A stretch of DNA of 64,000 bases from Spirochaetia bacterium (GTDB lineage Bacteria; Spirochaetota; Spirochaetia; UBA9216): positions 784,544 to 848,543 of the forward strand of contig OZ223269.1 in NCBI GenBank assembly GCA_965140585.1. Reading direction: 5' to 3'. The notes beneath the pieces were generated by a model. That model was not told the origin of the DNA. It did no database searches and saw only the letters and a list, made by a program, of their open reading frames with translations. How positions within the stretch are numbered: the stretch's first letter is position 1; each line of letters starts with the position of its first letter. Both the position numbers and the translations under genes were made by a program. Of the stretch, positions 28,089 through 37,885 are shown in pieces.

Positions 28089-29054
28089 CTAAATATGAAT
28101 ATTTATGGTATTAATATCAATACCGCAGCCAGAACATTTGTCATCTGAGATACCGGGTAAAAACGTACTGTATCCGGAACGCTTAATAAGGATATTGCCG
28201 CATGAGGGACAGAGTGTATCCTGCCGTCCTCCGTATATATTTCCGGTATAAACAAAATCAAGTTTGGTTGATGCTGCCGCTGCAAGCTGCATCAGCTTTC
28301 GGGGTTCAGTCGGTTTAATATTATATTTGTAAGAGGGGTAATAGGCTGATAAATGATAAGGAATACCGGGGCTGATTGATGAGAGAAAATCTGCACACTG
28401 CATAATTTCTTTTTCAGAATCGTTTTTATCCGGAATAACAAGAGTTGTAACCTCTACATGAGATTTTGATGCTGCATTTTGTATGAAATTTAATACAGGT
28501 TCAAGCTTTCCTTTCAGTTCCTGTTTGTAGAAAGCATCATTAAAAGCTTTGAGGTCAATATTAAGCGCGTCAGTATATTTTAGTAGCTTATCGGCAGGTG
28601 TTTCATTTATAAAACCGTTAGTGACAAGTATATTTTTTAAACCTCGGCGTTCAGCCAGTATCATACAATCAAGTAGATATTCAAAATGAATTAAGGGTTC
28701 ACTGTAGGTGTAGGCAATTCCGAAACTTCCGCTTTTATCTGCTTTACTGATAAGTTCTTCAGGCTTATAAAAACTGCCGTAAGAAATACGGGGTTTAAAA
28801 TCCTTTGAAATAGAATGATTCTGGCAGAAGGGGCATGAAAGACTGCATCCGAAGAACCCTATGGAAAACACATTCTGTGAAGGATGGTAGTGATATAGAG
28901 GTTTCTTTTCAACAGGATCTATAGCTTCGGCCGAAATAAGTCCGTAAAAGGGAAGATCTATTTCATTATTTTTTAATTTTCTTGTTCCGCAAATACCGAA
29001 TTTATTTTCTTCTAAAAGACAGTTATGCGGACATATGCCGCAGCTGGTACTCAT
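28089..29054 (-). CDS. AmmeMemoRadiSam-system-type radical SAM enzyme (PFL-activase-like)
   Basis: 321 aa; N-terminal CGICPHNC...FGICGTRK...DPVEKKPLYHY..., Cx3Cx2C motif CSLSCPFC, C-terminal TLCPSCGNILIKRSGY. Confidence 0.65.
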   Translation of the reverse strand: MSTSCGICPHNCLLEENKFGICGTRKLKNNEIDLPFYGLISAEAIDPVEKKPLYHYHPSQNVFSIGFFGCSLSCPFCQNHSISKDFKPRISYGSFYKPEELISKADKSGSFGIAYTYSEPLIHFEYLLDCMILAERRGLKNILVTNGFINETPADKLLKYTDALNIDLKAFNDAFYKQELKGKLEPVLNFIQNAASKSHVEVTTLVIPDKNDSEKEIMQCADFLSSISPGIPYHLSAYYPSYKYNIKPTEPRKLMQLAAAASTKLDFVYTGNIYGGRQDTLCPSCGNILIKRSGYSTFLPGISDDKCSGCGIDINTINIHI

Positions 29055-29788
29055 TCTGAATCTTTGGTGAGTGCAAGGTTCTTATAAGCAAGATTATCAA
29101 GAAAGTCAATAAAACAGTCCCTGTCGGCTTCATCAAAAGATGAGAATCTGAAACTGATAGTTTTATTGTTTCTTATAACCCTTACGCCAACAGAGCACAC
29201 AAATTCACCGAATCGCAGTGAACATGCCGGCATATCAGTTCCTTCCTTTATGTCTGCACAGAGCTGGGGACTGTCAGGGCTGAATTTCAGACCGTCAAAT
29301 GATAAATCGATAACCTGTCCGGTCAAGAGGGAATAGTTCTCTGGATGATTAAAAAGGAATTCTACGTCTTCAAATTTTGTGGTACTGAATCGTCTGGGAC
29401 CTCTTAAATCATTGTGAATTATGTATCTAGCAAGGATATTCTCAAGCTGAACCATTTCTTCCCGGTTTTCAAATGACTCGGAAATTACGGCATTTACACC
29501 AAGGCTGCCGGCTTTCATTGCCTCTTCTTCATCAAATGATTCACCCTTAAGAATCACAAAAACGGACTTTTCTCTTTCAAAAAGCTGCCTTAAGACCTGG
29601 AGGAAGGGTTTCCAGTGCCTTGGAAAGTCTTCTGAGTTGAAAAGAACCGCATCGGGTGAGATTTCTGTAAGATTATCCATCGCCTTGAGCGGATTATTAT
29701 AAAATATCAGGTCATATCCAAGTTTTTCAAAATGACCAATGAATTTATTACGTGTCTCTTCTTTATCGGTTACGAGAAGCAGTTTCAT
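29051..29788 (-). CDS. Pseudo-receiver plus PilZ domain protein (putative c-di-GMP effector)
   Basis: 245 aa; CheY-like N-terminal fold with Asn where the phospho-acceptor Asp is expected (AVLFNSEDFP); C-terminal PilZ motifs RRFSTTKF ... GQVIDLSFDGLKF. Confidence 0.55.
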   Translation of the reverse strand: MKLLLVTDKEETRNKFIGHFEKLGYDLIFYNNPLKAMDNLTEISPDAVLFNSEDFPRHWKPFLQVLRQLFEREKSVFVILKGESFDEEEAMKAGSLGVNAVISESFENREEMVQLENILARYIIHNDLRGPRRFSTTKFEDVEFLFNHPENYSLLTGQVIDLSFDGLKFSPDSPQLCADIKEGTDMPACSLRFGEFVCSVGVRVIRNNKTISFRFSSFDEADRDCFIDFLDNLAYKNLALTKDSE

Positions 29789-30726
29789 TCAGTACCCATA
29801 TTCCTAACGTCGTAATCATAAATATACCATATGCCGTTATCACGGTGAAGATAATAATTATACTCTTTGATTTCAGTAAAATCGGCAAATTTAAATTTCT
29901 CAGTGACCTTCACTTCAGCTTCAAAATCTGTGTATGAAGTTCTCATTATCTTGTATTCCCAGGGAATCATTACAATATCAGTATCAACAATTTCCTGTTT
30001 AAGAAGATCCCTGTACCGGTCAATCTCAAGTATACGATCTTTCTGAGAGAGCCTTCTGTATCGTTCAGAATTAGTCTGGCTCCGCAGATACAGACCTTCG
30101 AGATCTATATATAAAAGGAATTTATTCCACTGGCTTTTCTGTCTTGAACTGAGCATGTATTCAACAACTTCATCAGGCGGCAAGGGGGAAGCTTTTATAA
30201 TTTCACCTGTTTCGTAATCAATCATATCCTGAATTGTTGCAGATGCGGCAGCAGGCCTCAGGTTGAGAGTAAGATTGTTTGAAACCATGTATTGTGATTT
30301 TGGACTGGAATACAGATCAGGATAAAACCTTGTATTAACAATATATACACCAGCCTCATTCATTTCGGCGAAGTAGGAAAGGTCTTCAACAACAGAATAG
30401 CTTTCACCGGGTTCAAGGCTTACTTCACGGAAGAAAACCTGTTGATTAGTGTTTCTATCCGTGATAAATTCTGCTGAATGATTAAGTGCCTTGTTGGTAA
30501 GCGTCCTGACATCAAATTCAAAATTAAAACATCGCAATTCTGATGATTTAAATCTGAAAGTATCCGGGCTGTTGTTGACGATTTCGATCTTTATCATTAC
30601 TGAACTGTCAGTATAGTATATTTTCTTGTCGTAATATCTTATGTTTAATTCTACCTGCTGTGAAAACACAGGGACAATAACAGAGAATAACAGGATTAAT
30701 GCAACTGGAAAGATTGTTTTTTTCAA
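29785..30726 (-). CDS. Secreted/periplasmic hypothetical protein (signal peptide); first gene of the five-gene operon
   Basis: 313 aa; N-terminal MKKTIFPVALILLFSVIVPVFSQ; no recognisable domain. Confidence 0.5.
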   Translation of the reverse strand: MKKTIFPVALILLFSVIVPVFSQQVELNIRYYDKKIYYTDSSVMIKIEIVNNSPDTFRFKSSELRCFNFEFDVRTLTNKALNHSAEFITDRNTNQQVFFREVSLEPGESYSVVEDLSYFAEMNEAGVYIVNTRFYPDLYSSPKSQYMVSNNLTLNLRPAAASATIQDMIDYETGEIIKASPLPPDEVVEYMLSSRQKSQWNKFLLYIDLEGLYLRSQTNSERYRRLSQKDRILEIDRYRDLLKQEIVDTDIVMIPWEYKIMRTSYTDFEAEVKVTEKFKFADFTEIKEYNYYLHRDNGIWYIYDYDVRNMGTE

Positions 30727-30768
30727 TTTTTCAACTCCAAACAGATCTTAATCTAATTTTCGGTATAA

Positions 30769-33700
30769 TTGATGATAAATTTATTCTTAAATACAATAAA
30801 TGAAAAACTCAAAGATTACAAACCATTTAAGGATTTACTTGAAAATATTCAGGATGAAAATTATCCGGTAAACCTTGAATGGGCTGACGGTTTTTTTAAA
30901 GCTGTTGTTCTTGCTCTTATAGCTAAAATTACCGGCAGGAATATGGTAATAGTGACGGCTGATGAGCGTGAATGTGAAACCCTTAACCGGGATCTTGAAG
31001 TTCTTGGCAGTAATCTTATTACTTTCAGCGGATGGAATAAACGTGTTTACCAGCATGGTCCTATACCCGTATCTCTTTTTGGTGAGCGAATTGAGATAAT
31101 GTCTGAAATGCTTGAGGGCAGCAGTAATATTATAGCCGCTTCGGTACGTAATTACCTGACGCCTCTGCCTCCTCCTGAATATATCAGAAATCTCGCGATC
31201 AACATTAAAAGCGGAGATACTATAGATACCGTTGAGCTTGAAAAAAAGCTTGTTAGCTATGGTTATTTAAGAGTACCCAGAGTCAGCATGCATGGTGAAT
31301 TTGCCCTAAGAGGTGAGGTTCTCGATATTTTTATTGCAGGAAATGAAAATCCGGTTCGTATCGTATTTGAATTCAATGAAATAGAGGATATTAAATCATT
31401 CGATGTCCTCACACAAAAATCACTGGCTAAACTCATTAAACTCAGGATAATTCCGGTTAAAGAAATTGTCTGGACAGATGAACGAATACTCGGGCTGAAA
31501 GCAAGATTTTTAAACCGTGAATATGGAAATATTGAAAGCCTCGACGGTCTCTTTGAAATACTCGAACAGAACCGGACGATAGATTACGAAGAACTGCTCT
31601 TCCCTCTGAGTTTTGAATATCAGGCCCGGCTTTCAGATTTTAATCCGCCTGACGGAATAACAGTTTTTTCTGGTGAAGAAAACCTCGGCAGGGTTTATAC
31701 ACAGCTGAGAAAGGAATACAACAAGCTGTATGCTGAAACCAGAAATGTGGAAGAACAGCAGGATGCTGCATTTTATCCTCATCCCTCTGAACTGCTGCTG
31801 GATTATGATGAAATAATCGAAAAAACCGAAAAAAAGGTTATCTTTTCAAATATCCGTGATCCTGAAAAGAAAGATAAGCGTATTGACCTTGAATATACTG
31901 GACCAAGGGCTTTCTTTGGAAATATTTCTTATTTTCGTGAAGAACTTAAATCACTTTCTGCCGCGGGTTATTCAGTATTTATCTTTGCTGAATCAGAATC
32001 CCAGGCGGAAAGAATCAGATATCTGCTTAAAGAGCAGAACGTTGAAGTTATTGCGTCCGGTATAAGTGCCGGATTTTCCATACCCGAACTAAAGATCATT
32101 ACTATAGCAGAAAGCGAAATATTCGGCAGGCGGAAAAAACTGCCTTCTTCGATTAAAAAGGCCAAAAGCGAAGCAATTGATTCTTTTGTTGATCTTAATA
32201 CCGGTGACTTTGTTGTACACGTGAACTACGGCATCGGCCTTTTTAAAGGAATACAGCGCGTAAGCACTAAAAAGACCGAAAGAGATTATATTAAAATTGA
32301 ATATGCTGATGCCGAAACTGTTTTTATTCCGATTGAGCAGGTTAACCTCATACAAAAGTATATCGGAAATGAGGGCAGAGATCCTTCACTTGACAGAATA
32401 GGCGGCAAGGCCTGGGAAAACCGGAAAAACAAGGTTAAGAAATCTGTTGAAGATCTTGCCGACATGCTTATCCAGCTTTATTCTGAACGGAAAGAGGCTG
32501 TGGGATATGCCTTTCCTAAAGACACTGACTGGCAGATAGAATTTGAGGCAGCATTTCCCTATCAGGAAACTGCCGATCAGTTGAGCTGCATAGATGACAT
32601 CAAGGTTGATATGGAAAGTCCTGCACCGATGGACAGACTTGTCTGCGGTGATGTCGGCTACGGTAAAACCGAGGTCGCAATGAGGGCGGCGATGAAGGCT
32701 GTTATAGGAGGAAAGCAGGTTGCTTTCCTTGCTCCGACAACAATACTTGCAGAACAGCATTATGAGAACTTCGTTGAACGCTTTGAGAGATTCCCGGTTG
32801 AAATTGACATGGTATCAAGATTTGTTCCTCCAAAAAAACAGCGGGAAGTGCTTAAAAGGCTAGCGGATGGAGAAATCGATATTCTGATAGGTACTCACAG
32901 AATACTTCAAAAGGATGTTAAATATAAAAATATCGGTCTGTTGATAATAGATGAAGAGCAACGTTTCGGGGTCAAGGATAAGGAAAAATTAAAGCAGCTT
33001 AAAACCAACATTGATTCACTGGCCTTATCCGCCACACCAATTCCCAGAACCCTTCATATGTCATTGCTTAAAATACGTGATATGTCTCTGCTTACAACAG
33101 CGCCTCATAACCGTCGTCCAATCGAAACATTTATCCGTGAGTTTGATGATGAAGTCATTGCCGCTGCAATCAGGAAAGAAACCGACCGCGGAGGACAAGT
33201 TTTCTACCTGCATAACAGAGTCGAAACCCTGGAACAGGTCCAGATGTTTTTAAGCCGTGTTGTTCCGGAAGTCATGGTCGAAACAGCACATGGTCAGATG
33301 TCAAGCAGTGAGCTAGAAGACGTGATGCACCGTTTTATTCACGGCGCTTTCCATGTTCTAATAGCAACGACTATTATAGAAAACGGTATAGACATACCAA
33401 ATGTAAATACAATAATTATCGACAGAGCAGACAACTATGGAATATCACAGTTGTATCAGCTGAGAGGGCGTGTAGGGCGTTCAAACAAGACTTCCTATGC
33501 ATATCTGCTTTATCCAGATCAGAGAGCTCTGTCGGAAATAGCGATGAAGAGACTTCAGGTAATTTCAGATTTAACAGAACTTGGTTCAGGTTTCAAAATA
33601 GCCATGAAAGATATGGAAATTCGCGGTGCCGGAAATCTTCTGGGCAGGCAGCAGAGCGGAGATATCATGTCGGTCGGTTTCGATATGTATATGAAGATTC

Positions 33701-34191
33701 TGGATGAAGCGGTATCTGAAAGATCCGATGTATCTGCCGAACCAAAGGCGCCTGAAGTATTTCTTGAGCTCGACTATTCAGGTTTTATTCCGGACAGCTA
33801 CATATCTGAATCAGTTGAAAAGATGGAAGTTTATAAAAAAATTGCTTCGGTACAGACAGATGAAGAGCTTGCCGGTGTACAGCAGGAACTTGAAGACCGG
33901 TTCGGGCCGCTTCCCGAAGAAGTACTTAACCTTCTTGCTATTGCAGATATCAAAGCGATGTCCAAAAAACTGCATATTTCAGCTATCAGGGAAAGGTCCG
34001 GCCAGATTCGGGTTGAATTCGCATATGTACGTGTTATTAATCCCGATAAGGTTGCCCGTCTTATTGTAGAGAGCGGCGGAAAAGTAACCATAAACCATAA
34101 AAAGATGAATGAACTGATAATAAAAACAGAATCTATAAATCTTTCAGAAAAGGCCGAGTTCATTAGAGAACGGCTTTCCATACTTATGTGA
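30769..34191 (+). CDS. mfd: Transcription-repair coupling factor
   Basis: 1140 aa; DEAD/DEAH helicase motifs (GDVGYGKTEVA, DEEQRFG), TRCF and CarD-like domains. Confidence 0.9.
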   Translation: MMINLFLNTINEKLKDYKPFKDLLENIQDENYPVNLEWADGFFKAVVLALIAKITGRNMVIVTADERECETLNRDLEVLGSNLITFSGWNKRVYQHGPIPVSLFGERIEIMSEMLEGSSNIIAASVRNYLTPLPPPEYIRNLAINIKSGDTIDTVELEKKLVSYGYLRVPRVSMHGEFALRGEVLDIFIAGNENPVRIVFEFNEIEDIKSFDVLTQKSLAKLIKLRIIPVKEIVWTDERILGLKARFLNREYGNIESLDGLFEILEQNRTIDYEELLFPLSFEYQARLSDFNPPDGITVFSGEENLGRVYTQLRKEYNKLYAETRNVEEQQDAAFYPHPSELLLDYDEIIEKTEKKVIFSNIRDPEKKDKRIDLEYTGPRAFFGNISYFREELKSLSAAGYSVFIFAESESQAERIRYLLKEQNVEVIASGISAGFSIPELKIITIAESEIFGRRKKLPSSIKKAKSEAIDSFVDLNTGDFVVHVNYGIGLFKGIQRVSTKKTERDYIKIEYADAETVFIPIEQVNLIQKYIGNEGRDPSLDRIGGKAWENRKNKVKKSVEDLADMLIQLYSERKEAVGYAFPKDTDWQIEFEAAFPYQETADQLSCIDDIKVDMESPAPMDRLVCGDVGYGKTEVAMRAAMKAVIGGKQVAFLAPTTILAEQHYENFVERFERFPVEIDMVSRFVPPKKQREVLKRLADGEIDILIGTHRILQKDVKYKNIGLLIIDEEQRFGVKDKEKLKQLKTNIDSLALSATPIPRTLHMSLLKIRDMSLLTTAPHNRRPIETFIREFDDEVIAAAIRKETDRGGQVFYLHNRVETLEQVQMFLSRVVPEVMVETAHGQMSSSELEDVMHRFIHGAFHVLIATTIIENGIDIPNVNTIIIDRADNYGISQLYQLRGRVGRSNKTSYAYLLYPDQRALSEIAMKRLQVISDLTELGSGFKIAMKDMEIRGAGNLLGRQQSGDIMSVGFDMYMKILDEAVSERSDVSAEPKAPEVFLELDYSGFIPDSYISESVEKMEVYKKIASVQTDEELAGVQQELEDRFGPLPEEVLNLLAIADIKAMSKKLHISAIRERSGQIRVEFAYVRVINPDKVARLIVESGGKVTINHKKMNELIIKTESINLSEKAEFIRERLSILM

Positions 34192-34204
34192 ACGGAAGTG
34201 TGAA

Positions 34205-34876
34205 TTGGATACACAAAGACGAAATATAAAAAGCTATGTTATACGTGCCGGGAGAATGAGTCCCCTGCAGCGGGAAGCTTATGAAAAACATTATAAGAAA
34301 TACAGCATTGAATTCGGTGCCGAACTAAATATAAACCGGATATTCGGAGATCCTGAATCGCTCTGTATTGAGATTGGTTTTGGAATGGGAACCGCTACCG
34401 CTGAAATCGCTGAAAAAAATCCCGATAAGGCTTATCTGGGTATTGAAGTTCACACACCGGGAGTTGGAAAGCTGCTTTCAGAAATTGAAAACCGGGGGCT
34501 GGAAAACCTTAGAATCATCAAATACGACGCAGTTCAGGTTCTTAAAACAATGTTCAGCGAAGAATCTGTAGGTGGGTTTCATATATTTTTTCCGGACCCC
34601 TGGCCTAAGAAAAAGCATAATAAAAGACGCCTTATAAACGATGATTTTACAAAATTGCTTGTATCAAGACTTAAAAAAGGCGGTTATATTTATACTGCTA
34701 CCGACTGGGAAGATTATGCCGAGCAAATGTTTGAAGTTTTTGAAAGAAATCCCGAACTCGAAAATTCATTCGAAAAATGGGCCGAGAACATAAGCTGGCG
34801 TCCGGAAACCGGATTTGAAAGAAAGGGCCTTAATAAGAATCATTTGATAAAAGAATTATACTATATACGTGTTTAG
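34205..34876 (+). CDS. trmB: tRNA (guanine46-N7)-methyltransferase
   Basis: 223 aa; EIGFGMGTATAEIAEKNPDKAYLGIEVH SAM-binding region, FPDPWPKKKH. Confidence 0.8.
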   Translation: MDTQRRNIKSYVIRAGRMSPLQREAYEKHYKKYSIEFGAELNINRIFGDPESLCIEIGFGMGTATAEIAEKNPDKAYLGIEVHTPGVGKLLSEIENRGLENLRIIKYDAVQVLKTMFSEESVGGFHIFFPDPWPKKKHNKRRLINDDFTKLLVSRLKKGGYIYTATDWEDYAEQMFEVFERNPELENSFEKWAENISWRPETGFERKGLNKNHLIKELYYIRV

Positions 34877-34962
34877 TTAAAAATGCATTTTTAGCTTGAT
34901 TATATTAGTAAAAACATATTAATATTATACGATTCCGCACATCACATAGAAGAGGTAACGCA

Positions 34963-36315
34963 ATGATCATGGATAAAGATAATATGGATCGATATGTCCG
35001 AATCGCCACAGAGAATAATACAATCTCTCCGGAACACTATAATAAGTATAATGTTAAACGGGGACTTCGAAATTCTGACGGTTCAGGTGTACTGGTCGGA
35101 TTGACTGAAATAGGTGATGTTCACGGATACATCATGGACGAAAGTGAAAAAGTTCCCGTAGAAGGACGGTTAAGATACCGTGGTATTGATGTTAAAGACC
35201 TGGTAGAAGGCTTTCAGAATGAAGGCAGACCAGGTTTTGAAGAAGTTATATATCTGCTGCTCTTTGGAGAATTACCAAGTCAGGAAGATTACAGACTTTT
35301 CTATGACTACCTCGGTTCACTCAGAAGTCTTCCTAAAAACTTTACTGAGGATATGATTCTTAATACGCCCAGTGCGAATATAATGAACAAACTCGCCAGA
35401 AGTGTGCTTGCACATTATTCTTTTGATGAAAATTCAGAGGATCAATCAATAGGAAATGTACTGAGACAGTCCATAGACCTGATTGCAAGATTCCCGACCA
35501 TTGTTGCACATTCCTATCAGGCTAAAAGGAGATATTATGATCAGAAGAGTCTGTTTCTGCACACTCCTGATCCGGCACTTTCCACTGCTGAGAATTTTCT
35601 TATGCTCATTCGTCCTGATAAAAAATATTCACAGCTTGAAGCTGAACTTCTTGATCTCTGTCTTGTTCTGCATGCAGAGCACGGAGGAGGAAACAACTCT
35701 GCTTTTACGATTCACGTAGTATCTTCTGCCAGTACTGACACTTATTCTGCAATATCTGCCGGTATCGGATCTCTGAAGGGCGATCGTCACGGAGGAGCTA
35801 ATATTAAAGTTCATGACATGTTTGATGATATAAAGAGCAATGTTAAAAACTGGAGTGATGATGAAGAGATAAAAGCACATCTCATGAAAATCCTCAACAA
35901 GAAGGCTTTTGATAATTCGGGACTTATCTACGGACTCGGTCATGCAGTATATACCATTTCGGATCCGCGTGCTCTGCTTCTTAAAAAGAAGGCGGAGATG
36001 CTCGCAAAAGAAACCGGTATGCTTGAAGAATTCAGGCTTTATGAAGCTGTTGAAAGACTTGGTTCACAGACATTTAAAGAATTCAAAGGGTCTGATAAGC
36101 CTGTAAGTGCGAATGTTGATTTCTACTCAGGCTTTGTTTATAGCATGCTTAACATTCCAACGGAACTGTTTACCCCTATATTCGCAATTGCAAGAATTTC
36201 GGGCTGGTGTGCACACCGGATTGAAGAACTTGTTAAGGGCGGTAAGATTATGCGTCCGGCATACAAGAATGTTTCACGTCAGAAACCTTATATACCTCTT
36301 AAAGACAGAGCTTAA
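34963..36315 (+). CDS. gltA: Citrate synthase
   Basis: 450 aa; LHAEHGGGNNSAF and GLGHAVYTISDPRA catalytic motifs. Confidence 0.8.
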   Translation: MIMDKDNMDRYVRIATENNTISPEHYNKYNVKRGLRNSDGSGVLVGLTEIGDVHGYIMDESEKVPVEGRLRYRGIDVKDLVEGFQNEGRPGFEEVIYLLLFGELPSQEDYRLFYDYLGSLRSLPKNFTEDMILNTPSANIMNKLARSVLAHYSFDENSEDQSIGNVLRQSIDLIARFPTIVAHSYQAKRRYYDQKSLFLHTPDPALSTAENFLMLIRPDKKYSQLEAELLDLCLVLHAEHGGGNNSAFTIHVVSSASTDTYSAISAGIGSLKGDRHGGANIKVHDMFDDIKSNVKNWSDDEEIKAHLMKILNKKAFDNSGLIYGLGHAVYTISDPRALLLKKKAEMLAKETGMLEEFRLYEAVERLGSQTFKEFKGSDKPVSANVDFYSGFVYSMLNIPTELFTPIFAIARISGWCAHRIEELVKGGKIMRPAYKNVSRQKPYIPLKDRA

Positions 36316-36334
36316 TCTCAGGATTTTACATTAA

Positions 36335-36361
36335 AGCCGTTCTGAAAAGGAACGGCTTTTT
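36335..36361 (+). terminator. Rho-independent terminator after citrate synthase
   Basis: AGCCGTTC-TGAAAAG-GAACGGCT then TTTTT. Confidence 0.7.
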
Positions 36362-36443
36362 AAATTCTTATTCAATATATCTGCAAATAAAATTTGACCT
36401 CATAAATACTTGTTCTTATCATTTAGATAAGGAGCTGATAAAT

Positions 36444-36881
36444 ATGGAAAAAAATGAGGTAATCATAAAACTAAAAAAAATAATCGATGATACTGGAACC
36501 GCTGTACTTGCAACTGCAGGCGCGTCGAATATTCCGGGAATGCGGTGGATGACACCGGTTTTTCTTAAAAATGACCGTGATAATATCTATGCAGTAACTT
36601 CATCAAAATTTACAAAAATATCTGATATTAAGAATAATAATAAGATTCAGTGGATGTTTCAGTCTAAAGCCCTGGATCTGATTATCAATGTTGATTGTGA
36701 GATATCCGTACTTGAAAATCCTGCAGTTGAAGCAGAAGTCCTTCAGGCTATGGGGGCTCGGCTTAATACATTCTGGACGGTAAATAAAGATTCATCCTCT
36801 CTGGTTGTACTGGAGAGCAGGATTATCAAAGCTGCGGTTTTTACCCCTGTTAAAAGCCAGAGACATCTTATCACTTTCTGA
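36444..36881 (+). CDS. Pyridoxamine 5'-phosphate oxidase-like FMN-binding split-barrel protein
   Basis: 145 aa; weak family resemblance only. Confidence 0.3.
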   Translation: MEKNEVIIKLKKIIDDTGTAVLATAGASNIPGMRWMTPVFLKNDRDNIYAVTSSKFTKISDIKNNNKIQWMFQSKALDLIINVDCEISVLENPAVEAEVLQAMGARLNTFWTVNKDSSSLVVLESRIIKAAVFTPVKSQRHLITF

Positions 36882-36891
36882 AGGGGGAATT

Positions 36892-37875
36892 ATGTCGTCA
36901 GATAAATTACTTACAGAAAAAAATAAAAAACTATTAACCGGTATGCTTAAGGAGATGCTCCTTATAAGGCGGTTTGAAGAAGTTGCTGCAAGAATGTACG
37001 GACTCCGTAAAATCGGAGGTTTCTGCCATTTATACATAGGTGAAGAGGCTGTCGCAACCGGGGCAATATCTGCTCTTGATTTATCAATTGATTATATAGC
37101 AGCAGCCTACAGGGATCATGGGCATGCTCTTGCCTGCGGAATGGATCCGAATGCGATTATGGCTGAACTCTACGGCAAAATTACAGGCTGCAGTAAGGGC
37201 AAGGGCGGATCAATGCATATGTTTGATGCTGAAAAACATATGTTCGGCGGTAATGGAATAGTCGGAGGCCAAATTCCTGTTGCCACTGGCGCCGCATTTA
37301 AAATTAAATACCGGAAAGAAAAAGGCGTTGTTTTATGCTTTTTCGGGGACGGCGCAATTCATCAGGGTAGTTTTCATGAAAGTGTGAACCTTGCAAAGAT
37401 TTATAATCTGCCTGTTATATACATATGTGAAAATAATCAGTATGGAATGGGGACTGATTTCAGAAGGGTATCAGCTGTAGACGATTTTTCAGTTATGGGT
37501 AAATCTTATGGTATTGAAGGCATTCAGCTTAATGGTATGGATGTACTGGAGGTTTATTCCGGAGTTAAAGAGCTTGCTGATAAACTGAAAAAGAATCCCG
37601 GACCCGGACTTTTGGAGATAAAGACTTACAGGTATAAAGGGCATTCTATGAGTGATCCCGGAAAATACAGAACCAAAGAGGAATTGGAAGAATACAGGGA
37701 GCGCGATCCGATTATTCTTCTAAAAACCAGAATGATGGAAAAAGGACTGCTCACAGAGGAAGAATACAGCAGTTATGACAAGGAAGCACAGAAGATTGCA
37801 AAGGATTCAGCAGATTTTGCAGAATCATCACCCGAACCGTCTCTTGAAGAGATGTATACAGATATTTACGCCTGA
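36892..37875 (+). CDS. pdhA: Thiamine-diphosphate 2-oxoacid (pyruvate or acetoin) dehydrogenase E1 alpha subunit. The ORF-track start at 36805 is an over-extension; the Shine-Dalgarno-supported start is 36892
   Basis: GDGA...NNQYGMGT TPP-binding motif; AGGGGGAAT Shine-Dalgarno sequence before the ATG. Confidence 0.75.
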   Translation: MSSDKLLTEKNKKLLTGMLKEMLLIRRFEEVAARMYGLRKIGGFCHLYIGEEAVATGAISALDLSIDYIAAAYRDHGHALACGMDPNAIMAELYGKITGCSKGKGGSMHMFDAEKHMFGGNGIVGGQIPVATGAAFKIKYRKEKGVVLCFFGDGAIHQGSFHESVNLAKIYNLPVIYICENNQYGMGTDFRRVSAVDDFSVMGKSYGIEGIQLNGMDVLEVYSGVKELADKLKKNPGPGLLEIKTYRYKGHSMSDPGKYRTKEELEEYRERDPIILLKTRMMEKGLLTEEEYSSYDKEAQKIAKDSADFAESSPEPSLEEMYTDIYA

Positions 37876-37885
37876 GGAGGTTGAA

